A stretch of DNA of 64,000 nucleotides, taken from positions 3,999,438-4,063,437 of the forward strand of contig NC_083427.1 of the NCBI RefSeq assembly GCF_020745735.1, read 5' to 3'. This DNA comes from Hemiscyllium ocellatum (taxonomy: Eukaryota). This document shows, piece by piece, positions 13,655 to 26,099 of this stretch. The notes below the pieces were generated by a model. It saw only the letters and a list, made by a program, of their open reading frames with translations, was not told where the DNA came from and did no database searches. Within the stretch, counting starts at the first letter, position 1; each line of letters opens with the position of its first letter. Position numbers and translations under genes: made by a program.

Positions 13655-13740
13655 TAAATTCAGAGCAGCTGATCTGCTTCTCTCCAGTGGTAACTATCCG
13701 GTGTTCAATGAGCTCAGATAAACAAACAGCCAACTACTGC
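13655..13740 (-). pseudogene. Single decayed finger relic
   Basis: Reads LIEHRIVTTGEKQISCSEF; homologous to 25850-25985. Confidence 0.55.
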
Positions 13741-13748
13741 TACATATA

Positions 13749-13968
13749 CAGGTGGTTCTTCTATAACATGATGGTGGTGTTCTTGTGCAATCCCGGGTTA
13801 TAGAAAAATCGCGCCTTAGAAACAGCACTTAAAGTTTTGGCCATGTAATCATATGACAGCCAACACATACTTTTAACAGTTTGCGCTTTCGAACCAGTGT
13901 CCCCAGTTTGGCAATCGCGTTAAAGTGAATTCACGATAGCGAAACACACGTGATGGCAGAACCACCTG
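13749..13968. mobile_element. Tc1/mariner-superfamily (Tigger/pogo-like) MITE
   Basis: TIR CAGGTGGTTCT / AGAACCACCTG, flanked by TA on both sides; 220 bp, non-coding. Confidence 0.82.
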
Positions 13969-14159
13969 TACTGAAAAGACCAAGTCACTCAACATTTAAC
14001 ACAAGTCTGATTGAGTTGAGTTTCACCTAAAATGCTAAACTGGAGCCACGTTTGAAGTATTATTACCATCAGTGCAAACCAATTAACATGGTTCAGTCCT
14101 GGATGTGATTAACTGTGGAAACCAAACACTCTAATTGTGGACCCTCTGCTATCCCAGGA

Positions 14160-14520
14160 GGTTGGTTGACTGAGTGAATCCCGTCCCACACTCAAAAGTA
14201 TGAAAATGGTGTGTCACCCCGGTGTGACTTTGCTGGCATACAGTGACCACCTAAACTCCCTCCCACAGTGAAAGGACCTGAACAGTCACTGGTACGTGAG
14301 CACATTGATACTGAACAACAGATCCATCGAGCACTTTTGTTAAGTTTGCAAAACCAAGAGATCTTTCCCTAAGCGCACTGGTGTGTGCAAACCGGTCTGG
14401 TGAATGAGTGAATCCTTTCCCTCACATGCAGCAAGTGAATGACCTTTCACCAGTGTTGTTGCAGATTTGGAAATCTCTAGAACCTCTTCCTGCAGAGAGA
14501 GCAAATGAATGAATGGAACT
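14160..14520 (-). pseudogene. Decayed zinc-finger repeats downstream of the 14774-15685 gene
   Basis: Remnants of the finger DNA signatures (tgagtgaatccc, cccacac, gcaagtgaatg) with frameshifts. Confidence 0.65.
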
Positions 14521-14773
14521 GATGCATCATGAGCTACTTACATCTGTTTCTGGATGGAGATTGGAGGCTATGTAGGAGGATGCCTTCAAAGGAACGAATG
14601 TGTTGAAAAGACATTAAGACGACTAGAAACCCTGTATTTCACAAAAGATAGATTTCTTTGTCGTTTATGCAGGATTATCAACACCAACAATTCGTCTGGA
14701 GTTTGTGAAGATCAGCAGACACATACCGATGAACATAGTTCATTATTAATGAATAAAAGCTAAATCACTGTCG

Positions 14774-15685
14774 TCATCTGTGAACTCGCTGATGTCTCAG
14801 CAATGTGGATAACTGAGTAAATGCCTTCCCACATTTGGAGCAGGTGAACGGCCTCTCCCCGGTGTGAATTCTCTGGTGGACAGTGAGTTGAGAGGATCGC
14901 CTGAATCCAGTCCCACAGTGAGAGCATCTGAACGGTCTTTCGTCAGTGTGAACCCGTTGATGGCTCATCAGTTCCCTGGAACTTTTGTAGCACTTCTCAC
15001 AGACCGGACACTGAAAAGGTCTCTCATCAGTGTGAACCCGCTGGTGCGTAATCAGGTGGAATGACTGAATGTATCCCTTCCCACACACAGAGCAGGTGAA
15101 CGGCCTCTCCCCGGTGTGAATTCGCTAGTGGACAATGAGTTGAGACAATCGCTTGAATGCAGTTCCACAGTCAGTGCATCTGAATGGCCTCTCGTCAGTG
15201 TGCACAGGTTGATGGGATATCAATTTCTCGGAACTTTTGAAGGAGGTCCCGCAGTCTGGACATTTATAACGTCTCTCGTCGGTGTGAACCAGCTGGTGTT
15301 TCAGCAGATGAGCTACCTGGGAGTATTCCTTGCCACACTTGGAGCAGGTGAACGGTCTTTCCCCAGTGTGACTCCGTCGGTGAATTTCCACCTGAGAAGG
15401 ATAATTGAATCCCTTCCCGCAGTCTCCACATTTCCACGGTTTCTGTCCAGTGTGACCACGCCGGTGCCTTTCCAGGTCTGATGGGTAATTGAATCCCTTC
15501 CCACAGTCGCCACATTTCCAAGCCTTCTCTCTGACGTGACTGTGTTTGTGCTTCAGCACACCAGATGATCGGCTGAATCCTATTCCACACTCAGAACACG
15601 TGTATGGTTTCTCCCCACAGTGAATGGTGCCTTCTTCTTCGTTTAAATCAGATGAAGTTCCGAGTACAGATTGGGTAACCTCCAT
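14774..15685 (-). pseudogene. C2H2 zinc-finger gene (10 fingers) with an in-frame TAG in finger 6; truncated allele or pseudogene
   Basis: ORFs 15125..15685 and 14774..15088 are in the same frame and joined by [18 protein letters not shown]; TAG at 15125-15127 replaces the usual CAG (Q). Confidence 0.88.
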
Positions 15686-15947
15686 CAGATTCTGATTTGA
15701 TATTTAAATTTACATTTTCCAAATATAAATCTTCACCCTCTAACATCCTGTGAAATGGGGAAAAAAGGAACAATGAGAGAATCCACAAAATCACAAAGGA
15801 AAATTTCAAAATTGAGCTGAATCAAACTAGTAATCTGTGCTAACAGCACTAGGGAAAAATAAATGTGACCAAGGAAGTACCTGAATTGCTATAAACACTC
15901 AACTGGTTCATTAATGTCCTTCAAAGAAGGGAATATACCACACAGAA

Positions 15948-16281
15948 ATTATGAGGGGCTTGGATAGGATAAGTCTTTTCCCTGGGGTGGGGGAGTCCAG
16001 AACCAGACGGCATAAGAAGAGAAAGATATAAGAGACCTGAGGGGCAACTTTTTCACGCAGAGGGTGGTATGTGTATGGAATGAGCTGCCAGAGGAAGTGG
16101 TGGAGGCTGGTACATTTGCAACATTTAAAAGGCATCTGGGTGGGTTTATGAACATGAAGGGTTTGGAAGGATATGAGCCGGGTACTGGCAGGTACGCCAG
16201 ATTGGGTTGGGATATCTGGTCGGCATGGATGGGTTGGCCCGAAGGGTCTGTTTCCGTGCTGTACATCTCTATAACTCTATG
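15948..16281 (+). mobile_element. CR1 3' end in a ZNF intron
   Basis: WNELPEEVVEAGT plus tail. Confidence 0.82.
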
Positions 16282-16883
16282 AGCACAAGAGTCTGACCTA
16301 TTTCGGAGAGACGGGATGGGGTGAGGAAGGAGAGAAAGAAGAACAAGATGAAGTCGAAGGACTTTTTTCCCAATCTACAACTGAACCAGAATTCCGACAA
16401 ACTCTCCCCAATCTCCACCAGAAAGAATGACCAGGATAGCTGGTGTATATTGCCTGCATTACCTCCAAATTCCCCTCCAATCGCATACTTTCCTGACGTC
16501 ACCATGACTGTTAATATTCACAGATCATACTGAAGGTCATATTGAGAGAGAAGTTTGCTAAATATACCGGACTTGGCCTCAGTTAAGTATTGAGGACCAT
16601 AACAAGGAACAGATGCAGATGCAACATAAAACTCTGCTCTTTGATGTACCCAACAGGAGTAGTCCGGAAAGTAGAGTTGAGGGCACACATTTCGCAGTTT
16701 AATGACTAAGACCCATTTTCTGCAACCTTTAATCACTGGAGTTGAACTCTGTAAATCTGTTCCGCACTTCCTCTAATTCCAAGCCAATCCACCCTTCCTC
16801 AGGTGGCTGCGCAGAACACTTTCTCCAGGTGTGGTCTAAGTGTGACATGGAGCATCTTGACGCTTTTCCAGTCACATCCATAC

Positions 16884-17003
16884 CTGAAGTCTTTCCCAAA
16901 GCTTTATCTTTTCATACTGTCAAAGTCTGGCAGATAGCCAGATCCTGAGACGTGTTGGTTGTTTTGAGTTTCCTGTTTGCAAATCCTTCTCATTTCATAC
17001 CCT
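16884..17003 (-). other. Predicted 5'UTR exon 2 of the 15685 gene
   Basis: Bounded by ttccag and cag|gtatg; homologous to the leader of the ZNF exon. Confidence 0.6.
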
Positions 17004-17129
17004 CTGGAAAGGAGATTACAACAGGTGAAAACATTCAATCTCAATCCAAGTTAGAAACCCAGAAGGCACGAACTTGATTTCAAATTGCTGGGTGCACATC
17101 TTCCCCTTCTGAGCACTTGACAAAGGAAG

Positions 17130-18180
17130 CCCTGCGCATGCGCCCTTCTACACCTTGCCCCCTACAAAGATGGCGGCCGCACGAGCCTCTCCGGCAACGT
17201 TGCCCCCGAGAAATATGGCGATGGAAACACGTCCCCTGCCCGTTCCTGCAACCGGGAGCTTCTAACTCGGGTCTAGCGACATTCACCAGGTGCTTATGAA
17301 TCTTCCATGTCCACACTGACTTCATTGTCCACACAGTCTGCGATGTTTCTCCGACTTTACCATCTCCCTCGGCTCTCGCTCTGGAACAGGCTTCCGTTGC
17401 GTCGGCTGCGCAGAGTGCGGACGGTCACGTGCCGCGCACCGCGGACCCACGCCGATTGGCTGGAGGCCCTGCCCCTGATTGGTTGGAGGTCCTGCCTCAG
17501 ACCCAATCCGATTATTGGCGGACGTGCCCCCCCCCCGACCCACCCCGATTGGTTGGAGGACCTGCTTGTGGTCCACGCCAATTGGCGGGAGGACCTGCCT
17601 CAGACTCAATCCGATTATTGGCGGACGTGCCCCTTGACCCACCCCGATTGGTTGGCGGACCTGTATTTGGTCCATTTTTGATTGGATGGAGGACCTGCCC
17701 CCAGGCTCACCCCGATTGGCTGGAGGACCTGTCCCTGACCAGTGGCTCCCCCGATCCGGTGTCACAGTCGACGCATGCGTAGTCACCCTCGCTTCCCCTG
17801 GACTGCCAATGATCTGGAACAAAAAGGGGAATAAAATGTTGGGTCTGTGGGATTTACCATCGGTGAGAAATCGGGTTGATCGGCCTCTGCGTTGGACGGG
17901 GCAGTGGGTGAGTGGACTGAATTCGGAAACACCTCGAACCCCAATAAGCATCTCCTGATTCCTCCCCCGCCGTCTGCACCAAACCGGAAACGGCTCCAGG
18001 ATCCCTCCATTGAGAGCGGGACGGTCGCCATCTTTGATGTGGGCATTAAGGATAGGGGCGACAGTGCAATCGCCATCTTTGTAGGGGGCAATGAGTGGGC
18101 GGAGCTTGCTGGCCATTGTTCAGAGTGGACACAACTTTGTCCATCAGGCTGCATCAGTCCTTCACATCCAAATCTCATTA
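17130..18180. promoter_or_regulatory. Bidirectional CpG-island promoter between the 15685(-) and 18526(+) genes
   Basis: CpG-rich; about 9 ATTGG/CCAAT boxes at 17450-17720; NRF1 motifs; YY1 motifs in mirror orientation at about 17168 and 18026/18072. Confidence 0.78.
17450..17735 (+). repeat. Degenerate tandem repeat with about 33-bp period containing CCAAT boxes
   Basis: Unit similar to ccgattggYtggaggacctgcc, about 9 copies. Confidence 0.85.
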
Positions 18181-18525
18181 ATTGGCATTAGGGTACGACA
18201 ATGCATGAATAAAAGAAAGAATTGCAGGTGTTGTAAGTCTGGAACAAAGGCACAAAATGCTGGAGTAACCCTGCAGCTCTGAAAGCGTCTGGAGAAAGAT
18301 GCAGAAACATCTTTCCAGATGCTGCAAGACCTGCTAAGCCTCTCCAGCATTGTCTGTTTTTGTCTCTGCCGTTGTGTTTCTGTGCGCCCTCTCTCACTGT
18401 TTTAAATCATTTCACAGATATTCAACACGGAAGAATTCTAGTCGAGAAGCTCAAAGCGAACATCAAAGCAGGATCTGCCAGGATTACCCAATTTACTGTA
18501 ACTTGAGTATCACTGGGCTCCGAAC

Positions 18526-19635
18526 ATGGAAGGTAAAGGCAGTGGAGAGAAACCGTACAGATGTTCCATGTGTGGGCGAGGTTTCGAGCAATCATCTAGC
18601 CTGTCGAGACACAAATGCATTCACGACGGGGAAAAGCCCTGCAAATGTGCGGAATGTGGGAAGGGATACACTTACCCATCCCAGTTGGAAACACATCAGC
18701 ACAGTCACACTGGGGAGAAACCATGGAAATGTCGGGACTGTGGGAAGGGATTCAATTACCCATCCGAACTGGAAATTCATCGGCGCAGTCACACGACAGA
18801 AAAGCTGTTCCCCTGCTCTGAGTGTGGGAAGGATTTTGCTCACTTTCACACTCTGCTGATACACCAGAGAGTTCACACTGGGGAGAGACCATTCACCTGC
18901 TCCAAGTGTGGGAAAGGATTCAGTACGTCATCCCATCTGCTGATACACCAGCGAGTTCACACTAAGGAGAGACCTTTTAAATGTCCAGACTGTGAGAAGT
19001 GCTTTAAAAGTTCTGGGGAACTGATGTCTCATCAGCGTGTTCACACTAATGAGAGACCATTCAGATGCATTCAATGTGGGGCTAGATTCAGGCACTCATC
19101 TCAATTAACTGTGCACCAGCGAGTTCACACTGGGGAAAGACCGTTCTCCTGCTCCATGTGTGGGAGAAGATTCACTCAATCGTCCGACTTACTGAAACAC
19201 CACCGGGTTCACACTGACAGGAGACCTTTTAAGTGTACAGGCTGTGGGAAAAGCTATAAAAGTGCTGGGGAACTTACATCCCATCAAAGGACTCACACTG
19301 GCGAGAGACCATTCATGTGCTCTCACTGTGGGACTGGGTTCGGGCGGTCATCTCAGCTCACAGAACACCAGCGAGTTCACACTGGGGAGAGGCCATTCAC
19401 CTGCTGGGAGTGTGGGAGTAGCTTCACTCGGTCGTTCAACCTGCTGAGACACCGGCGAGCTCACACCAGGGAGACACCGTTCACCTGCTCCGAGTGCGGG
19501 AAGGAATTCACTCGTTCATCCACCCTGCTGACACACCAGCAAGTTCACGTTGTTGAGGGAAGAGTGGTGGTAGTTGCATTTGGAAGTGAAGGCAGCCCTG
19601 ATAGGCTGAGCTTAGTGGAAGTAAGGCTTGGGTGA
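18526..19635 (+). CDS. C2H2 zinc-finger protein, 12 fingers plus an atypical 28-aa tail
   Basis: MEGKG start, 12 C2H2 repeats, acceptor ttcacag at 18411-18417. Confidence 0.92.
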   Translation: MEGKGSGEKPYRCSMCGRGFEQSSSLSRHKCIHDGEKPCKCAECGKGYTYPSQLETHQHSHTGEKPWKCRDCGKGFNYPSELEIHRRSHTTEKLFPCSECGKDFAHFHTLLIHQRVHTGERPFTCSKCGKGFSTSSHLLIHQRVHTKERPFKCPDCEKCFKSSGELMSHQRVHTNERPFRCIQCGARFRHSSQLTVHQRVHTGERPFSCSMCGRRFTQSSDLLKHHRVHTDRRPFKCTGCGKSYKSAGELTSHQRTHTGERPFMCSHCGTGFGRSSQLTEHQRVHTGERPFTCWECGSSFTRSFNLLRHRRAHTRETPFTCSECGKEFTRSSTLLTHQQVHVVEGRVVVVAFGSEGSPDRLSLVEVRLG

Positions 19636-19715
19636 AATATGGCTTGGTGACTCCTGCACCTCCTCGACTGTCTTGCCTTCCCATTGAAAGTTGCACAATA
19701 ACTGCATTGCAGAGA

Positions 19716-20410
19716 TAAAAATCACACCACACAAGGTTATAGTCCAACAGGTTTAATTGGAAACAGTAGCTTTCGGAGCGACGCTCCTTCATCAGGTGGA
19801 TGTGGAGTACACAATTGTAAGGCACAGAATTTATAGCAAAAGTTTACAGTGTGATGTAACTGAAGTTATATATTGAAGAATACCTTGATTGTTTGTTGAG
19901 TCTTTCATCTGTTCAAATACCATGATAGTTTCACTTCTTTCATGTGTAAATCACAAAACCTTGTTTTAAAAGTTACATTCTCAGTTGAAGTGTAACAATT
20001 GGTGTTAGCCAGACAATAAGTTGAAGGTGTTAGCCCCCTGTGTTCTCTGTCTGTGTCATAATGTTTAGACTGATTCTAATCTAAAAAGTGAGATAACAGA
20101 GTCTTAATGAATTCATGCAGTTTTTGAGCAAAGTACAATGTAACTCTGCAAGTACAAATTCACTCCACAAATGTATGTGTGCATGTGGGTCTTTGTGTAT
20201 GTGTGTGTGTGTGTGTGTCTGTCTGGGGTGAGGGGTTGTGAGTGTGAGAGAGAGTGTATATGTGTGTGTATGTGAGTGTAGATTGTCTAAGTTTGTGAGG
20301 GGATGCAGGTGGGAGTGTGTGTCTGGGATGGTGGGTTATGAGTGTCTGTGAGAGAGAGTGTACATGTGTGTGTGCATGAGTGTGGAGTGGGCTGTGAGAG
20401 GATGCAGAGA
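19716..20410 (-). mobile_element. Long family B copy ending in a (GT/GA)n tract
   Basis: Minus strand cacctgatgaaggagcgtcgctccgaaagcta at about 19765-19798; upstream region matches 20700-20920 and 29420-29630. Confidence 0.72.
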
Positions 20411-20486
20411 GTGATCCTAAGCTTCGCACCAGGTGGCACTGACATGCAGTTTACTAGCACAGCACAGCACACAATGTTCTGAAACA

Positions 20487-21039
20487 TTATTTGGAGATGT
20501 CGGTGTTGGACTGGGTGTACAAAGTTAAAAATCACACAGCACCAGGTTATAGTCCAACAGGTTTATTTGGAAGCACTAGCTTTTGAAGCGCTGCTCCTTC
20601 ATCATACTCCACAACCACCTGATAAAGGAGCAGTGCTCCAAAAGCTAGTGCTTACAAATAAACTTGTTGGACATTTACCTGGTCTTCTGAACCATTTTTC
20701 GAGTTCAATTGAGCATGACACCTGTTGGTAAAGCTCTCTTGAAAATGTAACTGTAAAAAAAACGTTCCGGGCTTTACATATGAAAGAACTGAAACCCACA
20801 CGGTCATTCTAAAAGATGAGAGACTTAACAATCCAGGTCTTTTTCAATAAATAATTTCAGTTGCATCACACTGTAAACTTTCGCTATAAATTCTATGTCT
20901 TATGATCTTAAACTCCACAACCACCTGATGAAGGAGCAGCACTCTGAAAGCTAGTGCTTCCACATAAACCTGGTAAACTACTGATGTTGTGTGATTTTTA
21001 ACTTTGTACACCCCAGTGCAACACCGGCTCCTCCAAATC
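20487..21039. mobile_element. Compound family B element (inverted plus tandem copies)
   Basis: Three decayed hammerhead cores; TSD atgttctgaaaca at 20474-20486 and 21040-21052. Confidence 0.78.
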
Positions 21040-21689
21040 ATGTTCTGAAACAGGAAGCCATGATCACACCATCAGAATGGAATTACGCCAACATTGACAA
21101 ATACAGCTCGGTCCTTGAGATATTGTCCGTCCTCTCACGTAACACCATATTGTTTCTAATTGATATCTTTAGTCTTCGCGTGAGCTGTCAAGAATATAAT
21201 ATAGTTGAGAATTGTTCCCATGTTTAACGTTTGTAACATCACACAGTCAAATACACCAGCAATCTTTTGCAAAGAGTTTTTGTTTTCTGTCTCCGGGATT
21301 TGCTTTTACTGATTTCATTAGTATTAATCTTCTTGTACACACATTGCTGACGGCACAAATCAAGGTCAATGAACGTGGTCTGGTCGGCATTATGGAACAA
21401 CGAGATCAAAACTGGAACGTAGCGTTCAATCTTTTGGGCAGATAGGAGGGATTGAAAAGGCGGTGGGGTATCACTGTTAATAAGAGATGCAATGAGGTCA
21501 GTTGTGAGAGGCGAGTTGGGTGTTGTGGATCCATTTGAGCAAAGGAAATAGTCCAAGAGAGGGGTTAACCAATTGTGGCTAATCACGGTGAGGAGGGGTT
21601 TGGGGGAGGCAGTGGGGAGTGAGAGGGAGCGGGGAGAGCAGGAGGGGGCAGCCTGGCGCTGCACTAGGACTGAGGTCAAGCCGATAGGA

Positions 21690-23460
21690 CATTCCAGCTA
21701 TTGAGGGAATGCAGTGTAGGTTCACGAGGTCAATTCCTGGAATGGCGAGACTATCATACGTTGAAAGATTGGAGCGACTGGGCTTGTATACACTTGAGTT
21801 TAGAAAGATGAGATGGGATCTCATTAAGAGGTGTAAAGTTATTAAAGGATTGGAAACTCTGGAGGCAGGAAGCATGTTTCCGCTGATCGGTGAGTCCAGA
21901 ACCAGAGGACACGGTTTGAAAATAAGGGGTAGGCCATTTAGAACAGCGTTGAGGAGGAACGTCTTCACCCAGAGAGTGGTGGATATAGGGAATGATTTGC
22001 CCCAGAAGGCAATGAAGCCAAGTCTCTAATACTTTCAAGAAAGAGTTGGACAGAGCTCTTAAATATAGTGGGAAAAAGGGGATAAGGCAGGAACAGGATC
22101 CCGAATGTGGATGATCAGCCATGATCATAATGAATGGTGGTGCTGGCTCGAAGGGCAGAATGGCCTACTCCTGCACCTATTGTCTAGATTAGATTAGATT
22201 TCCCACAGTATAGAAACAGGCTCTTCGGCCCAACAAGTCCACACCGACCCTCTGAAGCGTTTGGTATGCTTTCCTTTATTGGTCAGAGTATTGAGTACAG
22301 GAGTTGGGAGGTCATGTTGCGGCTGTACAGGACATTGGTTAGGCCACTGTTGGAATATTGCGTGCAATTCTGGTCTCCTTCATCGGAAAGATGTTGTGAA
22401 ACTTGAAAGGGTTCAGAAAAGATTTACAAGGATGTTGCCAGGGTTGGAGGATTTGAGTTATAGGGAGAAGCTGAACAGGCTGGGGCTGTTTTCCATGGAG
22501 CGTTGGAGGCTGAGGGGTGACCTTATAGAGGTTTATAAGATCATGAGGGGCATGGATAGGTTAAATAGACAAAGTCTTTTCTCTGGGGTCGGGGAGTCCA
22601 GAACTCGAGGGCACAGGTTTAGGGTGAGGGGGGAAAGTTATAAAAGAGACCTAAGGGGCAACGTTTTCACTCAGAGGGTGGTACGTGTATGGAATGAGCT
22701 GCCAGAGGAAGTGGTGGAGGCTGGTACAATTGCAGCATTTAGGAGGCATCTGGATGGGTATATGAATAGGAAGGGTTTGGAGGGATATGGGCTGGGTGCT
22801 GGCAGGTAGGACTAGATTGGGTTGGGATATCTGGTCGGCGTGGACAGGTTGAACCGAAGGGTCTGTTTCCATGCTGTACATCTCTATGACCTCACCTTCG
22901 ACCACGTACCGCACAAGAGGCTGCTGTGTAAGATAAAAATGCACAGCATCTTATCACAGGAAATGTGTTCTCATGGATGGACGATTGGTTGACTAACGGG
23001 AAACAAAGCCTGGGGATAAATGAGTCCTTTTCTGGCTGGTAATCAGTAACTGGTGGTGTGCCTCAGGGATCAATATTGGTTCCACAATGATTCTCAATTT
23101 ACAGAGATGATTTGGAGTTGGCGACAACGTGCAGTGTGTCAGAGTTTGCAGATGAAACTAAGATGAGTGGCAGAGCAAAGTGTGTAGCGGACAGGGAAAC
23201 TTTGCACAGGAACATAGATACTTTAAGTGAGTGGGCAAAGGTCTGGCAGATGGAATACCAGCTTAATAAATGTGAAGTCATCCATTTTGACCGGAATAAC
23301 AGTAAAAAGGACTATGCGTTGAATGGTAAAATGTTGCAGCATGCTGCTGTGCAGAGGGACCTGGGTGTCCTTGCCTATGAATCACAGAAGTTCAGTCTGC
23401 CGGTACAACAGGTTAAATTAGGAAGGCAAATGGAATTCTGTCCCTGATTGCTAAAGGGAT
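21690..23460 (+). mobile_element. Cluster of CR1 fragments from at least two subfamilies
   Basis: ORFs 21709-22029, 22261-22809 and 23112-23447 (FADETK, CEVIHF). Confidence 0.82.
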
Positions 23461-24004
23461 TGCACGTTCTCCCTGTGTCTGCGTAGGTTTCCTCTAGGTG
23501 TTCCGGTTTCCTCCCACAATCCAAAGATTTGCAGGTTAGGCCATGGAATGACCATGCTAAAGTGCCCATAGTGTCTAGGGATATGAAGATTAGGTGCATT
23601 AGTCAGGGGTAAATATAGGATAGTAGAGGAATGGGTCTGGGTGGGTTCAATGCAGGGAGGAATGGAATTCGGTATCGTAATGAATGATGGGGCAGGCTCA
23701 ATGGGTCAAATGGCCTATTTCTACTCATATCTTCTATGTTTCTATGTAACTGTGACTGTAGAGCTACATCCAATAATTTCTGTTGTGTTCCAGTGACTAT
23801 GCTCAGGTCCTCACAGAAGACTCGACTGTTATACACTGAATGATTCCACAAAGCTGAAACTACCATTTCAAAAAAAAAACAAGCAGATGACCCGTAGGTT
23901 CAGTTAATAGTCAGTAATCTTTAGTCTGGACTATATTTTGATGGTTCTTGGTGTACGTCTTCACAATTTTGGTGTTTATTCAAAGACGTCAGTTGCTATA
24001 TACT

Positions 24005-24905
24005 TAGAGCCATAGAGATGTACAGCACGGAAACAGACCCTTTGGTCCAACCCGTCCGTGCCGATCAGATATCCCAACCACTTGCCAGCAGCTGGCCCAT
24101 ATCCCTCTAATCCCTTCCTTGTCATATACCCATCCAGACACTTTTTAAATGCTGCATTGTACCAGCCTCCACCACTTCCTCTGGCAGCTCAGTCCATACA
24201 CGTACCACCCTCTGCATGAAAAAGGTGCCCTTTAGGTCTCTTTTATATCTTTCCCCTCTCACCCTAAACCAATACCCTCTAGTATCTGGACTCCCCCACC
24301 CCAGGGAAAGGACCTTCTCTATTTATCCTATCCATGCTTTTCATGGTCTTACAAACCTCTATGAGGTCACCCCTCAGCCTCCAATGCTCCAGGGAAAACA
24401 GCCCCAGCCTGTTCAGCCTCTCCCTGTAGCTCAAATCCTCCAACCCTGGCAACATCCTTGTAAGTCTTCTCTGAACCCTTTCAGGTTCCACAATATTCTT
24501 CTGATAGGAAGGAGACCAGAACTGCACGCAATATTCCAACAGTGGTCTAACCAATGTCCTGTACAGCCACAACATGACCTCCCAACTCCTGTACCCAATA
24601 CTCTGATCAATAAAGGAAAGCATACCAAATGCCTTCTTCACTATCCTATCTACCTGTGACTCCACTTTCAAGGAGCTATGAACCTGCACTCCGAGGTCTC
24701 TTTGTTCAGCAACACCCCCTAGGACCTTACCATTAAGTGTATAAGTCCTGCTAAGATTTGCTTTCCCAAAATGCAGCACCTCGCATTTATCTAAATTAAA
24801 CTCCATCTGCCACTTCTCAGCCCATTGGCCCATCTGATCAAGATCCCGTTGGTAACCTTCTCCGCTGTCCACTACACCTCCAATTTTGGTGTCATCTGCA
24901 AACTC
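24005..24905 (-). mobile_element. CR1 ORF2 RT C-terminal fragment
   Basis: FADDTKIGG...WAEKWQMEFNLDKCEVLHFG. Confidence 0.9.
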
Positions 24906-25335
24906 AAAAGACAGGAGAGAGTTAGTGAAAAGCAGTAAACTCTGCCCCAAATATTACCTCGCCCTCGGATTCCTGGGACATTGCAACGGTTCTGGTGCAA
25001 GTGGGACCACTCGATGCTGTACAGGTCCCACCTGGACAGGACCGGAACTGATGTCCTGGGCTGAGTGTTCACTCATGTCATTGGGGAGGGTTCAAGTTAA
25101 ATGAAGGGGTGTGGGGGGAAGTGGGAATACCCGCAAGGAGATAGAAGCAGAGGGCAAAACAACGAGACAAAATGGCAGAGAATTCAAGTGTAAGAATCAA
25201 GCAGGACCAGGGTGCAAAATAATCCAAAAGGGACTAAGAATGTTAAAAAGACAAGCCTTAAGGCTTTATCATGCACTGCACAGAACATTTGCGTTAAAGT
25301 AGATCACATGGATATGTGAATATTACAGTACAAAG

Positions 25336-25632
25336 GGTGGCACGGTGGCACAGTGGTTAGCACTGCTGCCTCACAGCGCCAGGGTCCTGGGTTCAATTCC
25401 TGCCTCAGGCGACTGTCTATGTGGAGTTTGCACATTCTTCCCCGTGTCTGTGTGGGTTTGCTCAAGTTTCCTCCCACAGTCCAAAAATGTGCAGGTTAGG
25501 TGAATTAGCTGTGCTGAATTGCCCACAGTGTTAGGTGAAGGGGTAAATGTAGGGGAATGGGTCTGGGTGGGTTGCTCTTCGGAGGGTTGGTGTGGACGAC
25601 GGACCTGTTTCCACACTGTAAGTAATCTAATT
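25336..25632 (+). mobile_element. tRNA-derived SINE (HE1-like)
   Basis: Full head with A/B boxes and tail. Confidence 0.85.
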
Positions 25633-25829
25633 TGATCAAACTGTGGACATTCAAAATTATACATGAATAGCTCGCTAACGGAAATTTCTTTTGTTTTACT
25701 CTCTGATTCATCTTGCTTTCCCTTTAGGTTAAAATCTCGTGCTGAACCTCGGGATTGGAAAGATTTCTGGTGAAGTGAATGAATATCATTGGAGTCTGGT
25801 GTCTCGGCAGTGGTGGGTGGTGGGGGGGG

Positions 25830-25985
25830 GAGGAATGGGTGAACCCCATCCCAAATTCAGAGCAGTTGAACTGCTTCTCTCCAACGGAAGACTGCTGGTA
25901 TACAATGAGCTCAAATACTGAGGTCTCCAGCATCTGCAGACGTCACTTTTTACTCAATGAGCTCAAATAAACAAGCAACCAACCC
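25830..25985 (-). pseudogene. Decayed finger relic
   Basis: Reads LIVYQQSSVGEKQFNCSEFGMGFTHS; interrupted by a 37-bp insertion. Confidence 0.6.
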
Positions 25986-26099
25986 GTGTCAGACAAGTTA
26001 ACAAGACCAAGTCGCTCTGCATCTAACAAGCCTGATGTATTTGGGCAAAAAAAAAACAAAACGGGTGTTATAAAGTATAGAAACATGGTTACAGAGTGC

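Noticed and set aside
15125-15127. Programmed readthrough or selenocysteine
   Set aside because: The codon is UAG rather than UGA and lacks a recognised readthrough context; a simple C>T change explains it.
17450-17735. Possible CRISPR-like repeat-spacer pattern
   Set aside because: Eukaryotic context, degenerate repeats, spacers related to each other and no cas genes.
17322-18116. 264-aa ORF and overlapping ORFs in the CpG island
   Set aside because: GC-rich tandem repeat lacking stops; the peptide only mirrors the CCAAT repeat.
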